Below, one piece after another: positions 13,476 to 26,329 of a stretch of 64,000 nucleotides of DNA. A program made the translations under genes and the position numbers. This stretch comes from Octopus sinensis (Eukaryota): positions 77,872,001 through 77,936,000 of the forward strand of contig NC_043005.1 in assembly GCF_006345805.1 (NCBI RefSeq). Direction: 5' to 3'. The notes below the pieces were generated by a model. The model had not been told where the DNA came from. It ran no database searches and saw nothing but the letters and a program-made list of their open reading frames with translations. Each line of letters begins with the position of its first letter. The first letter of the stretch is position 1.

Positions 13476-14031
13476 AAACCAATAAAATTCTCCGTCGACA
13501 GTTGTTTGAAGTCTTTGGTTGTTCATGTTTAACTAACGATGAAAAAATTTGAAGGATAAAAAGAATCTGAATCTGGAAAAGTGTCAATCTTCGAATGAAC
13601 TCTATTGAATAAGAAACGAAAGATGCGAAAAATCATAACCAAATAAATAAAAGGAAAAGAAAAGAAAAGAAAAGGGAAATCCAATTTTTAAAAAAGAAAG
13701 AATTGTAATTTTAAGAAATAAATATTTTATAAAATATTAATGTTGTACTTAGGTGACGATATACATACATACATACATACATACATACATACATACATAC
13801 ATACATACATACACACACACACACTTATATGATTAACATTAGGTTGAAGGATTACTCTCTACTTCTAGTAGAGTACATATTTATTGATTTTTACGAAGGA
13901 AGGTTTGATAGAGACTTCAATGTTTCAGTTTATTCTCCACAAAATATTTATTTACCTTAGTGTTGTTTGGCGAGCTATTATAGGAGCAGCGTTGATATTT
14001 TTTTTTTCTTTTAAATTCATATATAAAATTA

Positions 14032-14425
14032 CTAGCAGCATCGCTCGGCGTGTTGCTCGGGTTTGTTTCGACCCTTTAGAATTGGAATTTTTGAAAAGTA
14101 AAAATTTTGCATTATGTAGCTTTTTATTTTCTTTAAGTGAACATTTTTCTGGTTGAAATACACTGAAAAATGGCGACACAGAAGTCAAAAAATCGTAACA
14201 AATAGGGATTTTCATAGAAAAAAAGCACCTTTTTCATGAAAATAAGTTCTGGTGTTAACATGGTCCGATTTGAATTGTTTCTTCTACGGAATGAAGAGCA
14301 AGCCTTCTTCTATCATACTCTCAATTTTGGTCAACTTGCGCCGCAGGGTCTCGGAGGAGATAGTGTTAGTTGAAGGCTACCAAACCTGCCATACACAGGC
14401 AACTTCAGCTTTATATATATAGAGA
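14032..14425 (-). mobile_element. non-autonomous Helitron
   Basis: On the minus strand: A|TCTCTATATATATAAAG at the 5' end and CCCGAGCAACACGCCGAGCGATGCTGCTAG|T at the 3' end (GC hairpin plus CTAG, inserted between A and T). Confidence 0.8.
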
Positions 14426-14514
14426 TATAGTTTTGGTTTCATTTCTGATATCAGAATTTCTTTCAAAATTTTTATCACGTTTTTTTTCTCCGTTATTTTC
14501 TGGCGATGAAGCTT

Positions 14515-14790
14515 GTGAAAATAGTCGACTGCTAATAGTAAACGAATGAAAGAATTTTAGTGAAAATAGTCGAACCCTGAAAGTTAACGAATAAAAATAT
14601 TTAAGTTCTAGTGGAAACAGTCGAATATTAAAAGTAAATGAATAAAAGTATTTTATTGCTGGTGAAAACAGGAGAATATTAATAGAGTAGAAGTTATTTA
14701 TTACGAGCAAAAACAGTCGACTTCCAAAAGTTGACGAACGAAAATATTTTACTGCTTACGAGAATAGTCGAATGCTAAAAGCAAATGCCG
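14515..14790. repeat. degenerate 45/51-bp minisatellite, six units
   Basis: AGTCGA-like anchors at 14523, 14568, 14619, 14670, 14715 and 14766. Confidence 0.7.
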
Positions 14791-14833
14791 GGAGAAATGC
14801 AGTTAAACATTTTGTCCGATGTGCTAACGATGT

Positions 14834-14856
14834 ACATACATACATACATACATACA

Positions 14857-14890
<34 letters not shown>

Positions 14891-14995
14891 CATACTGCAT
14901 GCATACATACATGCATACATGCATACATACATACATACATACATACATGTATACATACATGCATACATACATACATGCATACATGCATACATACA

Positions 14996-15029
<34 letters not shown>

Positions 15030-15135
15030 CATACATGCATACATACATACATGCATACATGCATACATACATACATACATACATACATACATACATACAT
15101 ACATGCATACATGCATACATACATACATACATACA

Positions 15136-15169
<34 letters not shown>

Positions 15170-15288
15170 CATACATGCATACATACATACATGCATACAT
15201 GCATACATACATACATACATACATACATACATACATACATACATACATGCATATATACATGCATACATACATACATACATACATACAA
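14834..15288. repeat. (TACA)n tetranucleotide array with TGCA variants and higher-order duplication
   Basis: Direct reading. One variant block recurs at 15022 and 15162. Confidence 0.95.
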
Positions 15289-15800
15289 TGGCAGACTGGC
15301 CAGGTTGCCAGACTGCTCGAGTGCAAGTGGGCCTCTGCGCCATTAGAATCCATATATGGAGGCCCATGTTAGTATCTAAGGGGCCCATCCCTTCAAGTTT
15401 GAGAATTTTTTCTTCAATCCTGGAAGAATGCATTAATTATTTCAGTCTAGCTGTGTTTCTAGAAAGTTGAAAAGAATACTTAAAAAAACAAACAAAAACA
15501 AACAAGTTAAATAATAGCATTGTAGTAGCAGGTGGGCTCCCTCTAGTCTCCTGGAGACCAATATTTTTAGACCCAGTCCGCCACTGCATACATATATACA
15601 TGCATACATACATACATGCATACATGCATGAACATACATGCATACATAATATATACATACATACATACATATATACATACATACATACATACATATATAC
15701 ATACATACATACATACATATATACAAACATACATATATACATGCATACATGAACATACATACATACATACATACATACATAAATGTGTCCGAGATCCTCT

Positions 15801-15837
<37 letters not shown>

Positions 15838-16363
15838 TGTATTCATGAACGTGTAGATGAGTGAATACCGCTGTTGGCATGGTTCCCGTTGCGGTCATTA
15901 TCCTGGCCAACGAAAACACTCCTTCCTTTATTAAACTGATCTTTCTCTCCAATTTTAACCCTTCCCTTTACTGTTTATATTCTTTCCACAATTGACCCAA
16001 ATTCTTTAATCCTCTCTCAAATTTTTTTATTCTTTCTCCTCCCCACCCACTACTTCTGTCTTCTCGAACACTTCGCTATCACGCATGCACATCTATCGAC
16101 TTTCTGCCTTTTCCTGTCACACTGAACTGTGTACTAAATTCTTATGGCCTCAAGGCAAGGAAAAAGAAAAAAGGAAATTCGTTTTCTCTTTATCAGAAGA
16201 AAAGAAAAAATAACACAAAACAAAACCTGCCAATGAAATAGGAACGGAAGAAACACAAAACTACATAAAAATGCAAATTTTATTGATACAAACCACGACT
16301 ATTCTGTCTGGATTCTCTATGTATTTGTATGTGTGTGTATGTGTGTGGGAATGAGAAAGAGAG

Positions 16364-16394
<31 letters not shown>

Positions 16395-16436
16395 GTATAT
16401 ATATAAGTAGGTATATATGTATATATATATTATATA

Positions 16437-16476
<40 letters not shown>

Positions 16477-16491
16477 ACTTATATATATATA

Positions 16492-16541
<50 letters not shown>

Positions 16542-16547
16542 CCTACT

Positions 16548-16614
<67 letters not shown>

Positions 16615-16630
16615 CATATGTATACATACA

Positions 16631-16676
<46 letters not shown>

Positions 16677-16721
16677 ATATATGTATATATATATATATGT
16701 GTGCGTGTGTATAGGATAGGA

Positions 16722-17013
16722 CCACTTCGTCGGCTATGATGCTGAGGGTCCCAGCTGACACGATCAACGGAACATCCTGCTCGTGAACTTAACGTGCAAG
16801 TAGTTGCGCACTCCACAGACACGTGTACCGTTAATGCAATTCTCAGGGAGATTCAGTGTGACACAGAGTGTGATAAGGCCGGCCCTTTGAAATACAGGTA
16901 CTTTCATTTTTGTCAGCTGAGTGGACACAAGGACACAATGCGTCATCGGGAATTGAACTCGCGACCTTACGATCGTGAGCAGAATATCCCAACTATTAAG
17001 CCATGCGCCTTCA
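16722..17013 (-). mobile_element. tRNA-derived SINE family C
   Basis: Head GTGAAGGCGCATGGCTTAATAG...GAGTTCAATTCCCG. The body is shared with 30485-30785. Confidence 0.75.
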
Positions 17014-17082
17014 CATAAATACGTATGCGTGCGTGCATGTGCGTATGTGTGTGTGTGTATGTGTGTGTATGTGTGTATGCTG

Positions 17083-17113
<31 letters not shown>

Positions 17114-17159
17114 TGGTAGGTAGGTATATATATATATGCGTGTGTATGTATATAAGCAT

Positions 17160-17445
17160 AGGCATGGCTTTGTGGTAAGAAGCTTACTTCCCAACTGCAT
17201 GGTTTCGGTTTCAGTACAACTTTATGGAACCTTGGGTACTCTAGTACGGGCCGAATAAAGCCTTTTAAGTGGATTTTGTAGACGGAAAGTGTGTGCACTT
17301 GAAAACTGGTTTTGGTTTGTTTTCGTCACCAAAGAGTAAGTACCGGACTTCAAAATTATCATCTGGTCGATTTGTTGAACCAAAACCTTAGGCCAGTGCT
17401 CCAGCATAGCCGCTGTCCAGTGACTGAAACAAGTAAACGAGAAAA
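17160..17445 (+). mobile_element. SINE family B, internally deleted
   Basis: Head GGCATGGCTTTGTGGTAAGAAG and tail CCAGCATAGCCGC...GACTGAAACAAGTAAA. Duplicated at 17960-18255. Confidence 0.75.
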
Positions 17446-17449
17446 GATA

Positions 17450-17847
17450 TCTATATATATAAAAGTGAGGTTGTGTGGTGTCTGTCTCCTACGATTTAGA
17501 TTCCTAACTACTCCCACATTCTGCGGTGCAGTTTAACCAAAAGCAGGTATCTTATAGTCATGATTCATATCGAGCCCTTCTGGGTATTAGCGCGCGTCTA
17601 CGATGAGTCTACGATTAAAAAAAAAAATTACCATCATTTTTTCCAATTTTTAATCCATTTTTTTGCTATTATATAAGGGAAGTAACTCTCTAAAAATGTA
17701 TTATTAAATCTCAGAACGTAAAAAGCTACAGTAACGCCCCCCTTTGTGGTTAGCCATATTGAGATGGCTATTATACTTTACATCTCTAAAAATGCTTATA
17801 TAGTTATTTCCCTTACAAACCCAATCAACGCCGGGTGATACTGCTAG
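17450..17847 (+). mobile_element. non-autonomous Helitron, copy 1
   Basis: A|TCTATATATATAAAAGTGAGG...CGCCGGGTGATACTGCTAG|T. Confidence 0.8.
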
Positions 17848-17909
<62 letters not shown>

Positions 17910-18258
17910 TGGTAGGTAGGTATATATATGTATATGCGTGTGTATGTATATAAGCATAGGCATGGCTTTGTGGTAAGAAGCTTACTTCCCAACTGCATGG
18001 TTTCGGTTTCAGTACCACTTCATGGAACCTTGGGCATGCGTGTACTACTCTAGTACGGGCCGAACAAAGCCTCTTAAGTGGATTTTGTAGACGGAAAGTG
18101 TGTGCACTTGAAAACTGGCTTTGGTTTGTTTTCGTCACCAAAGAGTAAGTAACAGACTTCAAAAATGTCATCTGGTCGATTTGTTGAACCAAGACCTTAG
18201 GTCAGTGCTCCAGCATAGCCGCTGTCCAGTGACTGAAACAAGTAAACGAGAAAAGATA

Positions 18259-18643
18259 TCTATATATATAAAAGTGAGGTTGTGTGGTGTCTGTTTCCTA
18301 CGATTTAGATTCCTAACTACTCCCACATTCTGCGGTGCAGTTTAACCAAAAGCAGGTATCTTATAGTCGTGATTCATATCGAGCCCTTCTGGGTATTAGC
18401 GCGCGTCTACAATGAGTCTACGATTTAAAAAAAAATTTACCATAATTTTTTCCCATTTTTAATGTATTTTTCTTTTGCTATTATATAAGGGAAGTAACTC
18501 TCTAAAAAATGTATTATTAAATCTCAGAACGTAAAAAGCTACAGTAACACGCCCCTTTGTGGTTAGCCATATTGAGATGGCTATTATACTTTACATCTCT
18601 AAAAATGCTTACAAACCCGAGCAACGCCGGGCGATACTGCTAG
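18259..18643 (+). mobile_element. non-autonomous Helitron, copy 2
   Basis: Same termini with an intact hairpin CCCG-AGCAACGC-CGGG before CTAG. Part of a tandem duplication. Confidence 0.85.
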
Positions 18644-19100
18644 TGTATGTATATAGTTTTATATATAGTTGCATAAACATATAAACATTTCTGTGTGTGT
18701 GTGTGTATGTGTGTATATATATATATTTCACACATATCTGTGTGTGTGTGTGTTTCTATGTATGTATGTATCTATGCATGCATGTATGTATGGACTATCC
18801 ACTCTATTTAGAAGATACAAAGTTTCAATTCTCATTATTTCACTTTAATTGAGAACATCTGCCGAAACACGAGTATTTTCTCTTAAAAACAAAGAGAAAG
18901 CAACATTGATATTTTGTTATTTTATCGATTAGTAAATCAATATTTGCACTGCTGATTAATTCATCCACATCTTGTATGTATTCACTTCCATCTATAAATT
19001 TAATGTTTTAGAATCCACAGAATTTTCTTTGACAGATTTTGGTTGTAAAAAAAAATGGACGCTTTAACACATGCGCTCATTGTTCCTTCACCACTGATCT

Positions 19101-19412
19101 CTAAAGCGTCCCCTTATGATATTTATATGTCACCAGCCTTGTAACATAGTTTTCCACAATCTCATCCTGAACTATGAGCGATGAATTAACTATAGAATTC
19201 TGTCGATATATAACAATACCATTCATATATCCGGAAATTGTAAATATTAATGCTGAAAGCCAAAGTATCATTAGGACTCGTGAAAGAGTAAAAGAGATAG
19301 ACGTGAATGTAACCCACATGCGTTTTCTCCCTGGCTCACGTCTCTTCTTTCTTATTGACTTTCCTCTTTTCGTTGTCTCTCCCGAGATTTTCTTCTCGTT
19401 TCCGATGAATGA
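19101..19412 (-). CDS. candidate exon or ORF: basic stretch, then hydrophobic segment, then polar segment
   Basis: 103 open codons (SFIGNEKK...RKKRREPGRKRMWVTFTSISFTLSRVLMILWLSALIFTISGYMNG...). No recognised family, and the opposite strand is also open. Confidence 0.3.
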   Translation of the reverse strand, partial: SFIGNEKKISGETTKRGKSIRKKRREPGRKRMWVTFTSISFTLSRVLMILWLSALIFTISGYMNGIVIYRQNSIVNSSLIVQDEIVENYVTRLVTYKYHKGTL

Positions 19413-19536
19413 CTATATCCGAAACGTTATACTACTATCCTATACCCTTTTCTTTCCTTCTTTATTTTGTAACTGGCTTTTATTAAATGTATGATCGAAT
19501 TTTTAGCCCCACCTTGAACTAAATCACTTCATTTAG

Positions 19537-19761
19537 GTAGTACATATCTTTGACACTCCAGACAATCCTGACATTCCAGAAATTCCTGACATTCCAGAAA
19601 TTCCAGACATTCCTTACATTCCTGATATTCCCGACACTCCAGACATTCCAGAAATTCCTGACATTCCAGACATTCCTGACATTCCACACATACCTGACAT
19701 TCCAGACACTCCTGACATTCCAGACACGTCATTTAACGTCACGTCATATAACTTCATTTAA
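19537..19761 (+). CDS. candidate exon encoding (D/E-I-P)19 acidic proline repeat
   Basis: Acceptor ttcatttag immediately upstream. 19 nine-bp units at 19552-19722 with Pro invariant but coded CCA/CCT/CCC. Stop at 19759. Confidence 0.35.
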   Translation, partial: VVHIFDTPDNPDIPEIPDIPEIPDIPYIPDIPDTPDIPEIPDIPDIPDIPHIPDIPDTPDIPDTSFNVTSYNFI

Positions 19762-19955
19762 CGTCCTTTAACGTCAAATCATTTAACGTGACGTTATATG
19801 ACGTTGCATTAAATGACGTGAAAGGACATGTCGTTGGATGGCTTGAAATGACGTGACGTTAAGTGACGTTGAGTTACGTGACAAGGTGTGACGTTAAATG
19901 TCGTTAAATGACGTGCTGTTAAACGACGTTAAAGGATGTTAAATATATTTTCGTC
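19725..19955. repeat. ACGT-rich short-unit array with internal strand switch (foldback)
   Basis: ACGTCATTTA-like units on the left and TAAATGACGT-like units on the right. About 16 ACGT cores. Confidence 0.75.
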
Positions 19956-20049
19956 TAAATGACGCAAAAAGGAAAATAACACTGACATCTCATTTTAACA
20001 GATATATTTACCAACATTACATAAAAATGTGTTGAAATGCTAAAGAGTA

Positions 20050-20842
20050 ATTTCATTCAATAAAATCAATCGCCATTGGATTCAACCACAGCCGCCAGAA
20101 GAGATGCCCAAAGCTTCTGTCATTCATCAAGCATCAAGGTACAGAAAAACACTCACGTTTGTGGACAGGAAATTTACTGTGGATGCTGAGGTGAATCGCA
20201 GAAATTCTCAGGTGATTGCATGCAACCCTTCTCTCGTACCCGCTGTGTTTGAGACTAAGAACCCTGCTTCTGTGATGGTATATGGAGCCATGGTTAGTGA
20301 TGAAAGTGTTATGGATCCACACGTCATTGAGTCTGGCACAAAAGAGTATCTGGACATCCTGAAGAACTCTGGTACCTTGGATGGAGCTGAAGTTTTGGCT
20401 TGACAATCAGGTGCTTATCCAGGATTTTGCCCCATACCATGAGTCAAAAGCAACACAGGCCTTTCTTGGTGAGAAGGTGCAAGTTTTTGTGAGGGCCACA
20501 TCTGGCCCAGTAATAACCCAGATCTCAACCTTCCCGATTATTTTTTATGGGGAGCACTTCAAGCATGGACCAATGCTTCACCACACTCCAGTGTCAACAG
20601 TTTTAAGACCTGCATCATGCGTGCGACACACAAAATAAAAACGGCGGAGGTTGACGCAGCTGCAAAAAACTTTCGTTCATGTGTGGAGGCAGTAATTTAC
20701 TAAAAGGGCGGCCATATTGAGTGATAAATGTTTTTGTAATAAGTGTTTCATTAAAACTGTATCTGTCTACTACCATTATTTCAGTATTTATAACCAGTTT
20801 TATGCTTCGTAAAAATTGTCTCAATTTATCTGCAAGACCCTG
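20050..20842 (+). mobile_element. Tc1/mariner-superfamily (maT-like) transposase remnant, 3' half
   Basis: Frameshifted KNPASVMVYGA...IQDFAPYHESKATQ...WPSNNPDLNLPDY...KGGHIE*. Ends TGCAAGACCCTG|TA. Confidence 0.85.
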
Positions 20843-20922
<80 letters not shown>

Positions 20923-23399
20923 TACATACATGTTATGTATGTATCTATGTATGTGTGTGTGCGTATGTGTGTGTGTGTTTGTGTTTATCCCAAACCGCTC
21001 CTTGACAATCGGTGTTGGTGTAATTACGTCCCCATAACGTAGCAGCAAAAGCGACCGATAGAAAAAGTACCATGCTTAAAAAAAAATTCCTAGGTCGATT
21101 CATTCAACTAAAATTTCTTGAAAGCAGTGCCCCAGAATGGCCACTGTATAACGACTAACAGAAATAAAAGACTAAAGTTTTGTATCAAATATTAGAATGT
21201 TTGTAGGCTGCGTATACTACTTGTGTATATGCATGTGTGTGTTTGTGTGTATGTATGTATGTATGTATATATGTTCGCATTTTAATTTGTTTCTCTCAAA
21301 GGTACTACAATTCAAAGAATAAAATTTCTTAAACATTTGATGAATTATTCTATTTTCTATTAAATGTGTTTCTTGGATGTAAATAGATCAATCCCCATAC
21401 TTTCTATACGATTAAGAGCAATTCGACAATTTTCCCCAACCCCACAAACTTGTTTAATAAAATGATTTATCGTATTTTCATTTATGTAAATTGTATTGTC
21501 GTCATTTATAAAAATTATACTGAGTAAATTCTTGTTTTTTTTTTTATATAATTCCCAATGCGATTAATAAGGCAATTTATTTGCAATATTTCTATTCTAG
21601 ATAGATACACTTTGAATAAAACTTGGAAAATAAATCTTTTAAAAGCACTTGGGAAATATTGTAAATTTTAAAATTCTATTACAGTAAAGAAAGAATGGTA
21701 TATAATGTAGATAAATAAAATCAAAATATAGGATAAATATTTATTTGTTATGTGAACTAAACCGGATCGAATTTACAATAATCTATCAAAGATTAATCAG
21801 TATGATTGATTTCAGTCAATACAAGGAAAAGGAGCTGTCACAAACATGAAATTAAGGAAATTACGTTTCAATAGTATTTGTGTAAGTAAATGAATTTGAC
21901 GACGACTAACATTGAACGTGTGTCGAAGACTCACTTCGCCAAGTACGATGGACACTCAATGCAGATACTAGAGCTCAAAATAGTTTCAATTTGTTTGAAA
22001 AATGAGATGAATATTAAATGATCTTTGATTTGAGTGAAACAGTCGACACCCCTCACTTGTTGAGCGAATTCAATGACCCAGTTTAAGGCAAAGCAACAGT
22101 AATTATTTTGTGATGTAATCAGAAGAGAATGAGCAGAGCTGCTGAACTTTAATAGTGGCCTCCGAGACTGAAGAACGCCAAGGGAGTTAATTAATCTCAT
22201 ATTCAAGACTTGGCACGAATGGACGACGCTCAAAACATTCACGACTGCGTGATGTTGAACCGGGGATTAATTGTGCCGATCACGAGAGGAACAATAGTTT
22301 TCCATATAAATTTCCATACTGTTTCTCTTTACTAAATTTCAACCACAACGCTTTGGACTATTCCTGGTTGTGGGGAACACACACGCCCAAGATGTCACAC
22401 AGTCGGAATTAACCTCAAACGTACACATTGCTTATGTCCTGGGGTTGGTCATGCACTATAACACTTTGCCCAGAGCTCCCGCGTAATTGGACATAGTCTT
22501 TTGTATGTAGGGTCCTCCGTACTGTTTTAATGTTTTTATAAAAGTGAAAGGATTTTGTCTATTTATTTCCGCTGCCTACCTACCACAGTGATTTAATTGA
22601 CTAGGAAACCTGTACGCGATGAATATCCAATAACAAACTATATTAATCTACAAATTTAAACTGCATTAAACTTTGGCAAGCTTAGCTTTACCTATTCTAA
22701 GTTACTTGAAAGGTGATATTTCCTTCACTGTCTTATATTTGTTGATACATTTGTTTACTTTTGATACCATTGTTTCACTTTAAGGATGCTTATTTACCCA
22801 GCCATTATGATATTTCGACTTTTGTCCATGGTTTCAAATATATTTTAGCACTGTCCTTTTTAAACAATCACATATGATTTCTCCCAGGGAATCAACCTTT
22901 CAATAAGAGTTGTGCTTACACTAGCGAAAGCTATACGTATCTTTCAGAAAGCTCCATACCAATTTAACTTTATGCAGCATTTGCTGTTAGTTTAAGCGCA
23001 GGCTGTGTGGGAAGAGAGAATAAAAGGGCTTTTGTTAGCTTATCTCACCGACAAAATATCTCCCTTTGCTGTTGAATAAAATAAACTCGCAGAGGGGAAG
23101 TTTCAACGTCTTCTTTCAATTTCCTTACACCATTTATGTGGCTGTTTCTGACAAGAAATTTCGCTTTCATGTAAAACAACTATATTTTGTAGTCATTATC
23201 CGTAATCTACTCCCAAAACACTTTAATAACTCTACTTTGCATCGCTTGCAAACTTATATGTTCAATGATAATTAAAGTACAACAATCTCCACAATAACCC
23301 GTAAATTTTAAGTAGGTTAATCGAAAACATAGATTGCCGTGCTACTCATAAACCTTTTAGGTAGTTAAACTATTTAGTGAAACAATACCACAAAAGCAA

Positions 23400-23432
23400 C
23401 TTAAACCGTCCAAAGGACGGGTGTGTTTGCTA

Positions 23433-23433
<1 letters not shown>
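23400..23433 (+). mobile_element. Helitron-type 3' terminus
   Basis: Hairpin CCGTCC-AAA-GGACGG, then GTGTGTTTGCTAG|T into (TA)n. The 5' end was not located. Confidence 0.55.
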
Positions 23434-23531
<98 letters not shown>

Positions 23532-24349
23532 AGATAGATATAGATAGATGATAAAAGTATTATTGCATTTATATGATGTAACACTCTTTCGATTGGTTTA
23601 CATGTCAAAATCTTCAATTGACATTTAATTTGATAAGGAATGTACATCTAATATTTGAAATGTTACAGATAGAGATGATATGAATCAAGAGAATTATAAA
23701 TAATGATGCATTTTCACAATGACTAGTCAAGTGGGTTTGTATTTAGAATATAGGAATTTAAAATGGCGGACATTATTCGAGCTTTGGCTAATGTATTATA
23801 CGTAAACTCAGTTTATAACGCAATCCATACTGCGTAAAGTTCTAGAAATATGATACCAAGCAGATTTAAAACTGGTTAAGAGTATAAAATATATTATCTT
23901 ATATGTTGTGTGTTACTTGTTTCATTCACTGAACGGCGGCCATGCTGGAACACTGCTCTTAAGGGTTTTAGTCGAACAAACCCCCTATTTAGTTCTTATA
24001 CTCTTTTTAATGATGGTACTTTATTGGTGTCACAGGAATGTAAACCAACACATACATACTTACATACATAGATGCATAGATACATAGATAAATACATAGA
24101 TACAGAGATACATACATACATACATACATGCATGCATACATACATACATACGTACATACATACATACATACATACACACACATATATGTCAGCAATAATA
24201 AATCTCTGATTGAGATATAAACAGTAGCACCTCGACATCGTGAAGTGTATTTGCCACCTAAATGTGGCTGACTCATTTGGAACGATGCTACTGTAGTTTA
24301 TATCCCCAGGAAGACATCTCCCGCAGCTGGCTAATGACACACAACTAGG

Positions 24350-25480
24350 TTCCCGCCGCTTTTTAGATTTAATTTTTTTAAAGGTTTGATAAAAAATAAC
24401 AGCTAATTAATAATGTATTTACCCTTGTTGTTTACAACTTCTTCTCAACGTTCAACAAGATTTTCAATACCTCGTTGTTAGAAATTATCCGATTTCGACT
24501 CGAAAAATTGATCCAACCAAGCTCTCAATTCTGCATCTGTATTGAACGAAAATCTGCGCATAGCATTTGATAGAGATCGAAATAGGTGGAAATCTGTTGG
24601 TGCCAAATCAGGAAAGTACGGCGGGTGTGGCAGCATTTCCCAGTCATGCGTTTGAATGGCTACCTTCGTCATATTGGCGATAGGAGGGCGGGCGTTGTCG
24701 TGCAGCAGAAGAACTCCATGCTGACAATTAGGTCTTTTCTCGTGAATAGCCGTGTTGAGTCGTTCCATCTGTTGAACATAGAGTCCTGCGTTGACCGTTT
24801 GGTTCCGTTCAAGCAAATCGTAATGGATAATCCTTTCCCAGTCCCTCCATACGCACAACATCGTTTTACGCGGATGAGGATCTCGTTTCACGCGCGGTGT
24901 CGCTTGTTTACCGGGGCTAAGCCATTATTTACGCTGTGTCATATTGATGTACAGGCACCATTTTTCGTCGCCAGTAACGATTCGGTAAAGAAATCGTTGC
25001 TTGTGTCCATAAGTGGAGCGGTGACGAGCATGCAAACCAGCGGAGATTGTAGCTCGTTGATTTTTGTTGTTACTTAAAGCATGCGGAACCCATGCTCCAT
25101 ATTTCTGAAGCTTTCCCATCGAGTGAAGATGCTTCTCTATAGCAGTGTGGGAGCCTTCCATTTTCTCTACCAGTTCCCTTGTCGTTTGACGAGAATTTTC
25201 GTGCAAAAGTTGGTTTAATCGCTTCTTATCGAACTCAACTGGATGGCCAGAACGAGGTGCGTCTTTGAGGTCGAAATTTCCATGTTTGAACTTGGCATAA
25301 CAATCACGAGCGGTTTTTTCAGCTATGGCACCTTTCCATACACAGCAGAAATGTCGCGAGCAGCTTTTGCGTCCTTAGAATCTTGATTAAAAGCAAAAAA
25401 AAAAAATCGAGGTGTTGAAAATGTTTGTTTTTCTTAACCTGACATTCCATTTTAATGATCTGAAAATAAACAAAAAGTAA
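24350..25480 (-). mobile_element. near full-length mariner transposase pseudogene
   Basis: WVPHAL, TGDEKW, HDNARP and YFPDLAPTDFHLF motifs across frameshifted ORFs 24925-25206 and 24478-24891. Confidence 0.93.
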
Positions 25481-26329
25481 CTAGAATTAACTAGAAAAAA
25501 AAAAAGAGAATAGATTCCAAAATGATTCAAAATTAGAATTCTCGTAAAAAAAAAAAAGGTTCCAAAATTTAAAAACGCAGTAAATTCCGAAATTAAAAAA
25601 AAAGGCGGGATTTTGACCTTTAAATTTTGAGAAAAAAATGCGGATTATACTCAAGGATTTACGGAACGTGAAATTTACAGCAGTTGTTTCATTGGCATTA
25701 AACATTAGATAATTACTCAATCAAGATACCTAATTAATGAATTAAATATATATGTTTATATATATTTATATTTATATAGATATAGTTATATTTACGCAGC
25801 TCATCGGGGGGTGGGGGTGGGGGCAGAAATGTTAATCAAGAAACCGTTACTGATTTATATACATACGAAGCAGAAACCGGGATGACAAACTGCTCGGCAG
25901 TTTTTTTTTCGGTGAGATAAACTAGAAAAACAACTTTTGTAACCTTGCAGATACTAGAAAGTATGAATCGAATAAAGAACTAGAGAAACAAATAATTCAT
26001 CTCGATATCTTCGCTGTAGTTGTTAGTAGAATAATAATCCCAGTAGTTAGTGATGAGAACAAGACTCGGTCACTGGAAAAATACTTGTATTACAAAAACA
26101 AACACAAGGATGATATTACACAAGAGTCAGGACTTCTCCACCCGAGATAAAGATAAAATGTTATTTTATATGTTCACTTTAAAAACTCCTCAGGTAACAG
26201 TCCATTGATTGTACGTAGACTATTTCAGTCACGTTTAAACGTGGACCTGTTCACGTTCGCGAGGAAGAAAAGACAACGCATTTATTCCTTCTGGTTCACA
26301 AGCTCTTCCACTAGAATACTAGGTTCTTA

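Noticed and set aside
5475-17200. Many long ORFs such as [12 protein letters not shown] and MYVC repeats (also elsewhere in the window)
   Set aside because: They are translations of (TA)n, (CA)n, (TACA)n and (TATC)n microsatellites that lack stop codons.
21931-22242. 103-aa minus-strand ORF in non-repetitive sequence
   Set aside because: No clear splice signals, motifs or family resemblance, and the length is compatible with chance.
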